Shown here: positions 8,039-18,819 of the stretch, in pieces
Layout: each line of letters begins with the position of its first letter
How positions within the stretch are numbered: the first letter of the stretch is position 1
Origin: an uncultured delta proteobacterium
GTDB taxonomy: Bacteria > Desulfobacterota > Desulfobacteria > Desulfobacterales > JAHEIW01
Assembly (NCBI GenBank): GCA_963706575.1
Contig: CAVPNL010000006.1
Span: forward strand, 384,001-448,000
Direction of reading: 5' to 3'
Length of the DNA stretch: 64,000 nt
Program-made: the position numbers and the translations under genes
The notes under the pieces: model-generated
What the model was told of the DNA's origin: nothing
The model's database searches: none
What the model saw: the letters and a program-made list of their open reading frames with translations, nothing else

Positions 8039-10846
8039 CTACAGACGTTTTTGTTCCAGCTGAATGATCTGGGGGGTCAGAAAGATCAGCAATTCTTTTT
8101 TCTCATCGGTGTCCCTCGCATTTTTAAACAGCCAGCCCAGGACGCCCAATTTGCGTAATCCCGGAGTGCCCCTTTCAGTCCAGGCAAGGGTGGATTTTAA
8201 GATGCCGCCAATCACAATCGTATCGCCGTCATCCACTAAGATCTCGGTATTGGCCTCGTTGGTAGCCAGGGCCGGTGGAACGATATCCGGGTCCACCAGG
8301 TCATTTTTGGTAACCAAAATCGACATCCTAATGCGGTTGTCCGGGCTGACCGTCGGGGTGACCTCGAGCAGCAAATCTACATCTTTAAATTTTATCGTGG
8401 CGTTACCGGAGTCATCGCGCTCCAGATAGGGTATTTCAAAACCCTGCATTATCTTGGCCTTTTTGTTGTTCAGGGTGACAACTCGGGGCGAGGATATGAT
8501 GTTGATTTTGTCTTCGACTTCTTCGGCGGTCAGCCAAGCTTCCGTAATTTGGAACCTGGTTCCGCTGGTTTTAAAGAGGTTAAATTGAATTGCGCCGGCT
8601 GGGGTCGCACCGGCGGGTCTGTTCGAAGTGATAAATTGGGTGGGACCGGCTTTCCAGCTGCTCGTGTAGGGAACATCAATTGGGCCGTGATCCAACCCGC
8701 CGCCGAACCCTATATACCCCCAGTCGAAGCCGATTTCTCTTGTAAAACTGGTGTTGGCTTCAATAACGCGGGCCTCGATAATGACCTGGGGCGTAACTTT
8801 ATCGATCTTTTGCACAATCTGCTTGGCCTGTTGAATTTTTACGGCCGTATCCGTGATGATGACCTGGTTGTTGCGGGTATCCACATTGGCCTTGCCGCGG
8901 CCCTCGGTCAGGATGGCCTGCACATGCGGCAGCACCTCGGTGGTGGCATTGGAATAGCTTATCGGTAGGTATTCGGTATACAGCGGCTCGAGCGCTACGG
9001 CCTGCTTTTGAGCCTGCTCGGACGCTTTTAACTGGGCCTGTATGAGTTTTTCTTCCTGGGCCAGCGTGGCCAGGGTGGCAATCCGGATGATATCGCCTTC
9101 CATGGTCATGCCAAGCTGGTTCATTTTCAACACCAGGTCCAGGACCTGGTCCCAGGGCACCGGTGTTTCGAAATTCAGGGTGACCTTGCCGCTGACATTT
9201 TTGTCGATCGCAAAACTCTTACCGCTGATTTCTCTCAGGAGACGGAAGAGATTTCTGATATCGGTATCGTAAAAATCAAAAGCGATTTTTTCCCCGGTGT
9301 ATTCTTTTCCCTGCATCTGGGCCGCCAAACGCTCTTCAGCGGTTTGGGCTTCGGCTGCTTTTTGAACCGGCAACTTGTCCCCCGCCTTTTCCGCCGGCGC
9401 TTGGGCCCGGGCGATTTTGTCTTTTTCGGCTTTCTCCGCAGGCGCTACAGCCGCCTCGGCCAGAACTTTTTTCCACTCCGGCAGATCGGCATCTTCGTAC
9501 GGCTTCGGAGGGATGGAAGAAGCCGCAAAGTTGACCCGCAACTCAGTGTCATCTTGTTTGATGGTATAGGCAACCGCTTCACGCAGTTCGATAGTGAACA
9601 GCGAATCGCCTTTCATTTCGGCAGTCTGGATCGGCGTTACCCGGTCCACCGCGCTTTCAAAGCGGGTGGTGATCAGGGCCCGCTTGCGATATTCGGGCAG
9701 GCTGGTATTAAACAGCTTCAGTTGCAGCCGCTTGGCAGCCACTTTTTTAAGATCATATTTGATCGCAACCGTGGTGCCGATGATCAGTGATGATTTGCCG
9801 GCTTCCTCACTTGAAAAATCAATGCGATTCACCCAGGCCGGCTTTCCCGATACAGCCACGGTGGTCTTAGCGGGTGTGGTTTTCGGTGCTTGTTTTGCGG
9901 CTGCCGCGGGTTTGGAAGGTTTTTGCGCCACCGTCTCTTTTTCTTTTTCGCTGACGGCTGCCTTGGGACTTTGCTGCGTAGGTGTTTGCGGCACTTTGCC
10001 GATATGAATCATCAACCCGTTGGCCGTGGGTGAAGCCGAATATTTTGCCAGAGACGCTTTGGAAGTATCGAGCACCAGCCGAACTTTTTGCGGATAACCA
10101 AAATGGCGAACCTGGTTGACCCAAGGAGATTTAACCGCCAGGCGCTGCTCTTTTTTAAACGGGCTTTTAAGCTTGAACATGTCAATTACAATGCGGGGCT
10201 GATTGCCGTCTATGGTAAAGGATTTATAATCTTTGATGGCCCCATCGGCCTTAACATTGACGACCACGTTGTCTTTTAATGGTGTGGCCGTAACCGATTT
10301 TAATTGACTGGCGGCCGGAAGATCTTTTACAGACGGCTGCGGTGCAGGTTGAGGTTCAGGTAATTTTTTTACCACCGGCGCCGGGGGTGCGGCTGCGCTG
10401 GCAGCGGCTTTTGGAAATGACACCTGCAGTCCTGAATCCTGAGGATTGAGGTCATAGGGCGCATCGGCTTTCATTGCAATGAAAATGCGCGAGGTGGTCG
10501 ATTCGCCTTCGACAAGTTCGGTAGCTTTTACCGAACCGATGATTTCATTTTGCGGCGGCGTCGCTACGGTCTCATCGGTGGCCAGGGAGGTTTGCGGGAA
10601 ATGAAACAGCACACCCATGGGAAACACCTGTTTAATCGCCGTATAGGTTAACGTTTGGTTTCCATCGATGGTGACAATCACCGAATCAGCGGTCACCTCG
10701 GTGCTAATGCCGGTAATGCGCTTGGCCCCCGCGGCTTTTCCATCGGCAGCCTTGTTGGAGGCGCATCCGCCAAACCATGCCATTACTGCAAACAGCAAAA
10801 TGATCAGTAAGAAAAATCTTCGTCGAATGGTAAGTGGATTCATCAC
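8039..10846 (-). CDS. pilQ: Type IV pilus secretin PilQ, upstream copy (directly after pilP)
   Basis: Same architecture as 5192..7978; first ~520 aa identical. Confidence 0.95.
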   Translation of the reverse strand: MMNPLTIRRRFFLLIILLFAVMAWFGGCASNKAADGKAAGAKRITGISTEVTADSVIVTIDGNQTLTYTAIKQVFPMGVLFHFPQTSLATDETVATPPQNEIIGSVKATELVEGESTTSRIFIAMKADAPYDLNPQDSGLQVSFPKAAASAAAPPAPVVKKLPEPQPAPQPSVKDLPAASQLKSVTATPLKDNVVVNVKADGAIKDYKSFTIDGNQPRIVIDMFKLKSPFKKEQRLAVKSPWVNQVRHFGYPQKVRLVLDTSKASLAKYSASPTANGLMIHIGKVPQTPTQQSPKAAVSEKEKETVAQKPSKPAAAAKQAPKTTPAKTTVAVSGKPAWVNRIDFSSEEAGKSSLIIGTTVAIKYDLKKVAAKRLQLKLFNTSLPEYRKRALITTRFESAVDRVTPIQTAEMKGDSLFTIELREAVAYTIKQDDTELRVNFAASSIPPKPYEDADLPEWKKVLAEAAVAPAEKAEKDKIARAQAPAEKAGDKLPVQKAAEAQTAEERLAAQMQGKEYTGEKIAFDFYDTDIRNLFRLLREISGKSFAIDKNVSGKVTLNFETPVPWDQVLDLVLKMNQLGMTMEGDIIRIATLATLAQEEKLIQAQLKASEQAQKQAVALEPLYTEYLPISYSNATTEVLPHVQAILTEGRGKANVDTRNNQVIITDTAVKIQQAKQIVQKIDKVTPQVIIEARVIEANTSFTREIGFDWGYIGFGGGLDHGPIDVPYTSSWKAGPTQFITSNRPAGATPAGAIQFNLFKTSGTRFQITEAWLTAEEVEDKINIISSPRVVTLNNKKAKIMQGFEIPYLERDDSGNATIKFKDVDLLLEVTPTVSPDNRIRMSILVTKNDLVDPDIVPPALATNEANTEILVDDGDTIVIGGILKSTLAWTERGTPGLRKLGVLGWLFKNARDTDEKKELLIFLTPQIIQLEQKRL

Positions 10847-10847
10847 C

Positions 10848-11672
10848 TTAAAATTCTCCAGGAGGCTTCGGAAGTTTTATTTCTTTGTTTCTAAGGGAAA
10901 CATTGCCGAGAACATCCTCAATTTCTTCTGCGACAACAACTTTATCTTTTTCGATTTTGACGACTTTACCAGCGTTGGTACCCACATAAGTGCCGTTTTT
11001 GATCACATAGCCCTTGCCACTGGATTCCTCGACGAGGGCCCGGTTGCCGCTCGAAGCCACAATAATCCCTACCAGTTTAAGCTGGCTGAGATCAATTCTT
11101 TCCAGGGGCGTCCGGGGTACTCGCTTTTTGCGCTTTTTCTTGACCAGGGCAACGCTCGGCTTGTCCCTGAACAGGGGTTCGAAGGGGTCGATTTTGTCTT
11201 TGGGGTTATAAATCGGCCGCTCCTGTGGTGAAGATTTGGCAATTGCCGTTTGTGCTGTGGATGGCGTTGCCGGCTTGTCGGATGCGGTTTTATCGCCGAC
11301 CGTGCGGGGTTTCGCTGCCCGGGTGACGGAAATATCGGATTTGGGATTTAGCGGTGGTTTGGGTTTGGTCGTTTTTCCGGTCTTCACCGCAGGCGGTGCT
11401 GATTTTTTTGCCAGCACCGGCGTTTGGGAAGCGGGCGTCTGCTCGCCGGGACCCGACGGTTTGGCTGCCGGTTCAGATTTAGGCAGGGGTTGGGACCTTT
11501 TGACGGTTTGCGCCTTCGGCGCAGGGGCCTTTTGATCCGTTCGTTCACGGATCTTTTTGCGCACGACCTTTGGGGTTGCCGGCTCGCTGGCCGGCTGGTC
11601 ACATCCCAGCAGAACAATAAAAAAACAAATCAAACATGCCAAGTTACAGATGATAATCAAATTTTTTTTCAT
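10848..11672 (-). CDS. pilP: Type IV pilus lipoprotein PilP with long Pro/Ala/Lys linker
   Basis: Lipobox LLGC; YNPKDKIDPFEP, PLERIDLSQLKLVGI, G.YVG.N.GKV. Confidence 0.92.
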   Translation of the reverse strand: MKKNLIIICNLACLICFFIVLLGCDQPASEPATPKVVRKKIRERTDQKAPAPKAQTVKRSQPLPKSEPAAKPSGPGEQTPASQTPVLAKKSAPPAVKTGKTTKPKPPLNPKSDISVTRAAKPRTVGDKTASDKPATPSTAQTAIAKSSPQERPIYNPKDKIDPFEPLFRDKPSVALVKKKRKKRVPRTPLERIDLSQLKLVGIIVASSGNRALVEESSGKGYVIKNGTYVGTNAGKVVKIEKDKVVVAEEIEDVLGNVSLRNKEIKLPKPPGEF

Positions 11673-11726
11673 GATGTTTCAGCTAATTTTTGAGAAGGAT
11701 GTTAATTTGTTAGTCGGGTTTTTACA

Positions 11727-12353
11727 TCACTTCTTCTTTTTCTTCTTTTTCTTTTCTGGGGGAGCGGGCTCCACAAATTTGTAAGTTACGGCTGTGCATG
11801 ACGTATTGAGATCCATACTATCTTTATCCCGGCCCATTTCAATATTTTTGATGTTGACGATTCGGGATAGGCGGGCGACTTTATCAAAGAAAATGGCCAG
11901 ATCGTGATAGCCCCCTTTGACCTTCATGGCCACAGGGATTTCAGCGTAAAATTCCTTTCTGACCTCTGACTTGGGTTCAAATAACAAAAATTCCAGACCG
12001 ACATCCTGGCCGGATCTTGAGATACTGGTTAAAAGGGAGGGAATCTCCTCTTTTTCCGGCAGTGCTCGCATCGCAGTTTTAAACTGCATCTCGGCTTCCT
12101 GCATCTTTTTCTGAAATTTTTCCAAATCCGCCGCATTTTTCTTGGCCACAACTAATTTTTGTTCAAGCTCTTTCAGCCGGCTATTGAGGCTGCTGATTTG
12201 TTCTAATTTCGGCTTATATAGAAGAAATACAAAAATGGCGATAAGCGCGATGAAGACACCTGAGAAAATCAGGATCCTTTGGACTTTGGACAATTCTTCA
12301 ATCTTGGCGAAAAAGGAGTCAACGCCTTTAGCAGTACCGATATTTGAATTCAT
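11727..12353 (-). CDS. pilO: Type IV pilus protein PilO
   Basis: TM helix, coiled coil, LPEKEEIPSLL, FYAEIPV, GGYHDLAIFFDKVARLSRIVNI. Confidence 0.95.
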   Translation of the reverse strand: MNSNIGTAKGVDSFFAKIEELSKVQRILIFSGVFIALIAIFVFLLYKPKLEQISSLNSRLKELEQKLVVAKKNAADLEKFQKKMQEAEMQFKTAMRALPEKEEIPSLLTSISRSGQDVGLEFLLFEPKSEVRKEFYAEIPVAMKVKGGYHDLAIFFDKVARLSRIVNIKNIEMGRDKDSMDLNTSCTAVTYKFVEPAPPEKKKKKKKK

Positions 12354-12949
12354 TATGCTTTGACCTTCTTAGACTTGTTTTTCTTTGGGGGTTGTTCCGG
12401 TTGTTGCGGTGGTACTTTGGTGCAAACGATATCAAAGCTTTTCAGATTGGAGCTCTCAACTTTTTGGCGTTTTACGGATTTAAGCATTACATTGCTAAAC
12501 AGACCGCTATCTTGAAGTCGAACCATAAAATCCGCCACAGTTTTTTCGTCCAGGGCAATGCCGCTAATGTTTATCGTGTTGTCAGACAACGACAAAGAGG
12601 TAAACCACATCCGCTTGGACACCAGCACCTGTGTCATGGTATCCATTAAAATTACCGGCGCATAACGGTCCGATTCCAGCTGTGCGATGACCGTCATTTT
12701 TTTCCGGAGAATTTCAAGGTTATTTTTGATGCGGGCAATTTCTTTATTTATTTCATTGTATTTTGTTAGCTCGTTGTTGGTCGTTTCAATCCTTTTATTT
12801 AGTTTTCCGATTTTAGAATTCAGACTGAAATTATAGTAAAACAAGACCAGTAACACCAAAACCAATGAAAGCAAGAACAGTGACACCTGACGGCGTACGT
12901 TTTCTTTTTTGCGTTCTGTTCGAAAAGGAAGCAGGTTAATTCGTATCAT
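12353..12949 (-). CDS. pilN: Type IV pilus protein PilN
   Basis: MIRINLLP N-terminus, TM helix, operon position. Confidence 0.95.
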   Translation of the reverse strand: MIRINLLPFRTERKKENVRRQVSLFLLSLVLVLLVLFYYNFSLNSKIGKLNKRIETTNNELTKYNEINKEIARIKNNLEILRKKMTVIAQLESDRYAPVILMDTMTQVLVSKRMWFTSLSLSDNTINISGIALDEKTVADFMVRLQDSGLFSNVMLKSVKRQKVESSNLKSFDIVCTKVPPQQPEQPPKKNKSKKVKA

Positions 12950-14001
12950 TTGTCATTCACTTTTCTCATTGCCAGCCCCGTCGTGATTGCTGCCTGGGGG
13001 CCAATCTGTTTGATAAATTCCGGATCATTGCGACTGTCATCAACATAGATATTTCTAAACGGATTAATGGTTTCAACTTCGGCAGATGCTTCCACTGCCA
13101 GTAATTCACGAAATTCGGTGATATTGGCGCCGCCACCGCTCAAAATGATGCGTTTTATCTGATCATCCGGATAAGTGGAATAAAAGAAATCCAGGGCGCG
13201 CCGAATTTCAGTGCACCAGTCGGCAACCACTGATGAAAAGATTCCTTTTAAATCTTCGGCAGACAGGCGGTCCGAACCCTGACCGAATTTAAGCTGTTCA
13301 GCCTCGTCATTTGAGCAGTCTATCAATGAAATGATTTTTTGGTTGATCTGCATGCAGCCCAGAGAAACGTCACGCATAAATACGGAGTTGTTGCCTTTGA
13401 GGATATTCAATGATGTTTTACTGGCACCGATATCGATCAGGGCAACATTGACACCCTCAGTGTCGTAATTGGCCTCAAAAGTATTTTGCAGGGCAAATGC
13501 CTCTACATCCACGATACAGGGATTAAGACCGGCTAGACTTGCCAGATTGATATAATCATTGACCATTTCTTTTTTTGCGGCCACCAGAAACACATCCATC
13601 TGATTCGCATTGGTTTCGTTTTGTCCTAAAATTTGAAAATCAAGATTGACATCACTGATGTCAAACGGAATATATTGTTCCGCTTCGAAATGAATGGTTT
13701 CTTGAAGTTGCTCTTCGTCCATGGTCTGGACAGCAATTTTTTTGACAATTACCGAGTAGCCGCCGATGGATATGGCAACGTTGCGCTCACTAATATTGTA
13801 AGCTTTAAAAAGCTGACGAATTGAATCGGCGACCGACTCCGGATCGTTGATGGTTCCATCTTCGATGGCGCCGTGGGGAATTTCAGTCATGCCGAATCGT
13901 TTTAGCTCGCGGCCACGTTTGGACTCTGAGATTTCAGCTGCTTTTAGCGTCTTGGATCCAATGTCCAGGCCGACCAGCGTTTCCTTTTTACCAAATATCA
14001 T
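12946..14001 (-). CDS. pilM: Type IV pilus actin-like protein PilM
   Basis: GLDIGS, EAEQYIPF, ALIDIGAS, ILSGGGA. Confidence 0.96.
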   Translation of the reverse strand: MIFGKKETLVGLDIGSKTLKAAEISESKRGRELKRFGMTEIPHGAIEDGTINDPESVADSIRQLFKAYNISERNVAISIGGYSVIVKKIAVQTMDEEQLQETIHFEAEQYIPFDISDVNLDFQILGQNETNANQMDVFLVAAKKEMVNDYINLASLAGLNPCIVDVEAFALQNTFEANYDTEGVNVALIDIGASKTSLNILKGNNSVFMRDVSLGCMQINQKIISLIDCSNDEAEQLKFGQGSDRLSAEDLKGIFSSVVADWCTEIRRALDFFYSTYPDDQIKRIILSGGGANITEFRELLAVEASAEVETINPFRNIYVDDSRNDPEFIKQIGPQAAITTGLAMRKVNDK

Positions 14002-14009
14002 GAGTGCTC

Positions 14010-14210
14010 TTAGTCCTTAAATATTTTATCTTTTTCGGTTAATTTCAGGCCCAGCGCCAAAAGAATTTTGCGTTTGGTTTCCATCCGACACGGCATGCCC
14101 TTTTCTATACGGGCGATCGTAATGGGTGAAACACGAGCTTCTCTGGCGAGTTCTGCTTTGCTCATTAATAATGACTCTCTGGTTTCTTTTACACGATTGT
14201 TGCTGGCCAT
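14010..14210 (-). CDS. Small XRE-family helix-turn-helix protein heading the pil operon
   Basis: RESLLMSKAELAREARVSPITIARIEKG HTH_3 pattern; 8 bp upstream of pilM. Confidence 0.85.
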   Translation of the reverse strand: MASNNRVKETRESLLMSKAELAREARVSPITIARIEKGMPCRMETKRKILLALGLKLTEKDKIFKD

Positions 14211-14809
14211 GGGTCAGGGTTTTCCTATGTTGGAATACAGGTTTTAATTGCTGCGATAGTCATCTAAATCGGATTCAATGATAAATTGACAGTAATTATA
14301 TAAATTTTTACACAAAATTATATTAGAGTCAAGGTAATTATATGTAAATTATATATAATTACAATTAGTTACTCTATATTGTGGCATAATTTATTTTAAT
14401 TACAATATCTGGTAGTGGAATCCGTTAAAGATAGTCTGAAAATGCTAGAGAATTTGCTGCGCTTTCTTTAACCCTTTTTTCTGACCCACATTCCTCCTTT
14501 TATGCTGTTTTAGTTTAACATGGGATTGTGTTCCATGTTGCAATCAGTTCGATGCAAGTATTGCGCCAATACATATAGATAAATAGACCGATCGCAAATA
14601 TATTTATTATCTTATAAATATAGTAACTTATATAAACTGCTGGGAGGTACCTCACAAAAGGAGTGTCCAGGGTGGGTGGTTTTTTGACACTGCAGGGAAA
14701 AATTTTACCCATTCAGCGTCAATTTTTTGTAAAACGGCGTGAAATAATTTATAACTTAATTGAAAAAAGCTTTAACTTGACTTTAAAAATTAGTATTCTG
14801 ATTCAAACA

Positions 14810-16270
14810 ATGGATTCCAAACTGACAGAAGATAAAATCAAGCCGTTTCGCCTCGTCAAGTATTTTGCGTATGCCGGACTGGTCGTCATTTTCCTGGTGA
14901 CCCTCATTCTTTCGGTACTCAATACGCACTGGGTTAAATCCATGCAGCGCAAGAAAAGCGAGGACTACGCCCATGTGATGATCGAAAATTTGAACCATCA
15001 AATTTTTTTACAATTTATTATACCGGTGGGATTGATGTTCAATAAAATCCAATTGAGCAATCGGAAGCAGTTTGAACGTATGGACAATGTTGTGCGCAAC
15101 ACGATGCATAGCTTTAAGGCTGAAACCGTCAATATTTACAGCCTGGACAATGAGGTTTCTTATAGTTTTGATCAATATCTGATCGGCCGCAAAAATTACG
15201 GTGGTACGGGATATTTACAGGCAAAGTCGGGCAATTGGAATTCTAGGCTGGTTCAAAGAGGAAATTTCTTGCAGATTCTAATGGGTTTTCCCAAAGAGGT
15301 TCGCCTGATCACTTTTGCGCCCCTGCGATGGGAACCGCAGCTGGGGAAAATAACGGGACCGGTTCTGGGTGTTGTGGAAATTGTGCAGGATATATCTGAA
15401 GATTATAAAATCATTTTTCAGATTCAGATTCTGGTAATCATCACCTGTACCGTGCTGATGGGGGCGCTTTTTGCAGTACTGGTGTTTGTCGTTAAAAGGG
15501 GCGAAGGCATTATTCAAAAGCGCGCAATGGAGAGGCTACGGCTCAAAGAGCGTCTGGCTCATGCGGAGCGCCTTTCATCGCTGGGCGAAATGGCTGCCGG
15601 TATTTCCCATGAGATCCGAAATCCTCTGGGCATTATTCGAAGTTCAGCCGAACTATTGAAGAAAAAAATTGCCGAAATCGATCCGCAAAACACCTTTCCC
15701 GATATTATTGTCGAGGAAGCGAGCCGCTTAAACAGGATCATTACGGATTTTATCAATTACGCAAAACCCAGGAGTCCCAATATAGCCCTTTGCCGGGTGG
15801 AAGAAGTTGTTGATAAGAACATTACCTTCCTTGAAGTTCAGAATAAAGAGCAGGGTTATGTGATTAAAAAAAATTTTCAAAATCATCTGCCGGAGATTAT
15901 GGCCGATTCAGCAATGCTGTATCAGTCGTTTCTAAATATTCTGATAAACGCCATGCAGTCGATGCCCGATGGCGGCAGAATCCTGGTTGAGATTAGTTCC
16001 AACGATCGTTGGATAACCGTGCACTTTGATGATGAAGGTCAGGGGATTCCATCCGAAAATCTGGATAAAATCTGGGATCCATTTTTTACAACCAAGGAGC
16101 AAGGTACGGGCCTCGGATTGGGAATTGTAAAAAACGTTGTTGAATCCCACGGCGGCAGTATCCAAATTGTCAATCGACCCGTTCGCGGAACACGGGTGAC
16201 CATCGAATTGCCGATTAAACCGAAAACCAATGGTAAAGATGAGGATAGTGCGGAGACCGCGGCTGTTTAG
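14810..16270 (+). CDS. Membrane sensor histidine kinase (PilS/NtrB-like)
   Basis: Two TM segments, HEIRNPL, N box, DEGQGI, FFTTK, GTGLGL; probable start MDSKLT at 14810. Confidence 0.93.
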   Translation: MDSKLTEDKIKPFRLVKYFAYAGLVVIFLVTLILSVLNTHWVKSMQRKKSEDYAHVMIENLNHQIFLQFIIPVGLMFNKIQLSNRKQFERMDNVVRNTMHSFKAETVNIYSLDNEVSYSFDQYLIGRKNYGGTGYLQAKSGNWNSRLVQRGNFLQILMGFPKEVRLITFAPLRWEPQLGKITGPVLGVVEIVQDISEDYKIIFQIQILVIITCTVLMGALFAVLVFVVKRGEGIIQKRAMERLRLKERLAHAERLSSLGEMAAGISHEIRNPLGIIRSSAELLKKKIAEIDPQNTFPDIIVEEASRLNRIITDFINYAKPRSPNIALCRVEEVVDKNITFLEVQNKEQGYVIKKNFQNHLPEIMADSAMLYQSFLNILINAMQSMPDGGRILVEISSNDRWITVHFDDEGQGIPSENLDKIWDPFFTTKEQGTGLGLGIVKNVVESHGGSIQIVNRPVRGTRVTIELPIKPKTNGKDEDSAETAAV

Positions 16271-16422
16271 AAGTGGCTTCAAAACCCCATCTAAGGCTCA
16301 ATGGCTGCGTTATCCCGCAAATTGAAATACTCACGTACTTACGTGTACGCTCGGAAACACGAATTTCAATTCGCGGGACGCCTTGCCCTTGAACCTGATC
16401 TGAAGTTTTGAAACCACTTCTA
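16268..16422. mobile_element. MITE family A, copy 1 (155 bp)
   Basis: TA-GAAGTGGcTTCAAAAC ... GTTTTGAAACCACTTC-TA terminal inverted repeats; homologous to 27272, 38746, 39559. Confidence 0.85.
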
Positions 16423-16507
16423 GTGAATTAAAGATGGACCCCGCGCCCATATGTAATCAATAAATTGGGTAAACTTTTAATACATGAATAGATAGAGCTA
16501 AATCACC

Positions 16508-17881
16508 ATGGAAACAATTCTCATTGTGGATGACGAAAAAAATTATCTGACCATTTTAAGCGCACTGCTGGAAGATGAGGGCTTTGAAGTCTTGACAGCC
16601 CCAGGTGGATCCGAAGCGCTTGAAGTTCACAAATCATCTGATCTGGATCTCATTCTTACCGATATGAAGATGCCCAAGATGGACGGCATTGAATTGCTTG
16701 AGAATATTAAAGAAAACGATCCGGATCTGCCGGTTATCATGATGACGGCTCACGGTACAGTGGATAAAGCCGTCGAGGCCATGCAAAAAGGGGCCTACAC
16801 CTATGTCTTGAAACCCTTCGACAATGAACGATTGATTATTTATGTAAAAAAGGCCACCTCCATGTATCAGGTGGTCAAAGAAAACCGGCGCTTACGTGAT
16901 GCGGTGGAATCTCAATATCGTTTCGGCAACATTATCGGCAAAAGCAAAAAGATGCGGGATATCTTTGATACCATTCAGAAAGTCGCTCCCTCCGGTGCCA
17001 CGGTTTTAATTGAAGGCGAAAGCGGCACGGGCAAAGAGCTGGTTGCCCGGTCGATTCATTTTAACGGTCCCAGACGCGAAAAACCTTTTGTGGCCGTAAA
17101 CTGTTCAGCCCTTGCGGAAAATTTGCTGGAAAGCGAACTTTTCGGTCATGAGAAAGGTGCATTTACCGGTGCAGTGGCGACAAAGAAGGGCCGTTTTGAA
17201 TTGGCTGACTGCGGAACGCTTTTTTTAGATGAAATCGGAGAATTGTCGCCGAATTTGCAGGTTAAGCTGCTGCGGGTACTTCAGGAAAAAGTATTCGAAC
17301 GGGTGGGGGGGGTCAGAACCATATCGGTGGATATCCGTATTCTTGCCGCGACCAACAAAAATTTGCAGCAAGAAATGCAGGATGGCCGATTCCGTGAGGA
17401 CCTTTATTACCGGTTAAATGTCGTTCATATTGTTTTGCCGCCCCTGAAGGAGCGTCAGGAAGATATTCGCCTTTTGGTGAACCATTTTATTAAAAAATAT
17501 GCTTCCGAACGCCAATCCGCGGCCCCGGTTACCGGCGTCGACCAGGAAGTGGATCGACTTTTTTATGACTACAATTGGCCGGGGAATATCCGTGAACTGG
17601 AAAATGTAATCGAGCGGGTGATGATCCTTTGCCCGGGCGAGATCATGCGGGTGTCGGATCTTCCCAAGGGATTTAAGGATAATGTATACAACACATTACA
17701 CCTTGAGGGCATACCGGCGGACGCTAAGCTTTACGATACCCTGGCTATGATTGAAAAATCCTTGATTGAACGGGCTTTGAAAATGTCCAATAATGTCCAA
17801 TCCCACGCTGCGGCTCTGCTGGGGATTGGTAAAAGCGGCCTGAATCAGAAAATAAAAAAATATAATCTGGAAGTAGGCTAA
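16508..17881 (+). CDS. Sigma-54-dependent response regulator (NtrC/PilR family)
   Basis: REC domain, [30 protein letters not shown]-terminal Fis-type HTH. Confidence 0.95.
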   Translation: METILIVDDEKNYLTILSALLEDEGFEVLTAPGGSEALEVHKSSDLDLILTDMKMPKMDGIELLENIKENDPDLPVIMMTAHGTVDKAVEAMQKGAYTYVLKPFDNERLIIYVKKATSMYQVVKENRRLRDAVESQYRFGNIIGKSKKMRDIFDTIQKVAPSGATVLIEGESGTGKELVARSIHFNGPRREKPFVAVNCSALAENLLESELFGHEKGAFTGAVATKKGRFELADCGTLFLDEIGELSPNLQVKLLRVLQEKVFERVGGVRTISVDIRILAATNKNLQQEMQDGRFREDLYYRLNVVHIVLPPLKERQEDIRLLVNHFIKKYASERQSAAPVTGVDQEVDRLFYDYNWPGNIRELENVIERVMILCPGEIMRVSDLPKGFKDNVYNTLHLEGIPADAKLYDTLAMIEKSLIERALKMSNNVQSHAAALLGIGKSGLNQKIKKYNLEVG

Positions 17882-17918
17882 TAAAATAAACGCTATCTTT
17901 GTATCTTGATGATGCGGT

Positions 17919-18614
17919 TTATTCTTTTAATGCGCTTAATTCTTCTTCTACCATGTCAAAATAGATGGAGTCCGGATGGTTGTTCAGAATCTCCTGAAGC
18001 GTTTTTTGACTTTTTGCGGCCTCTCCCAATTTTTCATACATCAAACCCAGGTTAAAAAGGGCTTCCTCACGAATGGACGAATCTGGTGCTGATGCGGCTT
18101 TTTCAAAATAAGCGGTAGCATTTTGTCCATCTTCAACACTCTGATAGGCATGCCCCAGATTGCTTAAAATCATATTATAGACGAATTTATCATCTTTAAA
18201 GTCGTTGAGCGACTGTTTATAAAGCGCGATGGCCTTCTCATACTGCCGGGCATCGTAGCTGATATTGGCATAAATAACCCGGGCCAGTTTGCCACCGGCG
18301 TTGCCGCCATATTTTTTTATAATGCTTTGAAATGCTTCCGATACCTGGCTGTAGGCCGCAGTCTCCGACGAGGTCGTTATCAGCGTGTCGTATTTCGATT
18401 GGGTTTGCCCCAATAGGGTAAACGCTTTTGTTTCTGCGCGTTGTGCGAAAAACCGGTACCCAAAGAAGATTAGAGCAACTGCCACAATCGTGTATAGCAG
18501 GTAGGAAATCTGTTTTTGATACCCGGTAACAAAGGTAATCGCTTTACCGGTAAAAGTTATAAATTCATCCGGTTCTTTTAACAGTTGCTTCCGGGTTTTT
18601 TTCTTTGTTGCCAT
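17919..18614 (-). CDS. Membrane-anchored TPR protein (YfgM-like)
   Basis: LLKEPDEFI N-terminus, single TM, TPR repeats. Confidence 0.75.
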   Translation of the reverse strand: MATKKKTRKQLLKEPDEFITFTGKAITFVTGYQKQISYLLYTIVAVALIFFGYRFFAQRAETKAFTLLGQTQSKYDTLITTSSETAAYSQVSEAFQSIIKKYGGNAGGKLARVIYANISYDARQYEKAIALYKQSLNDFKDDKFVYNMILSNLGHAYQSVEDGQNATAYFEKAASAPDSSIREEALFNLGLMYEKLGEAAKSQKTLQEILNNHPDSIYFDMVEEELSALKE

Positions 18615-18633
18615 TTAACCTCCCTGCTCAATA

Positions 18634-18756
18634 TAAGTGACTAAAGTGAGCTAAAGTTGGAAGTGCCTAAAGTTAAGGTATCGCTTTGCTCTATCTTTTT
18701 TTATAAATGATAGAATGCCTCAACTTTAGGCATTTTAGCTCACTTTAGTCACTTTA
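18634..18756. repeat. Short-period inverted repeat (CTAAAGTG units); related copy nested at ~26686-26815
   Basis: taagtgactaaagtgagctaaagtt..gtgcctaaagtt / aactttaggcattttagctcactttagtcacttta. Confidence 0.85.
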
Positions 18757-18819
18757 GCGCACTAATTCGTATTGTTAAAAATGCGATCTATAGCATTTTG
18801 CTGCTAATTTTCAAATACT

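Noticed and set aside
5192..10846. pilQ pair as a diversity-generating retroelement (TR/VR)
   Set aside because: No reverse transcriptase; differences include indels and are not confined to adenines; both copies are full ORFs.
11730..11756. Poly-Lys tail of PilO as a slippage tract
   Set aside because: Mixed AAG/AAA codons with the frame intact to a normal stop; PilN has a similar basic tail.
14370..14420. NrdR-box-like sequences (ACTCTATATTGTGG, ACAATATCTGGTAG)
   Set aside because: Weak matches in very AT-rich DNA with no ribonucleotide reductase gene nearby.
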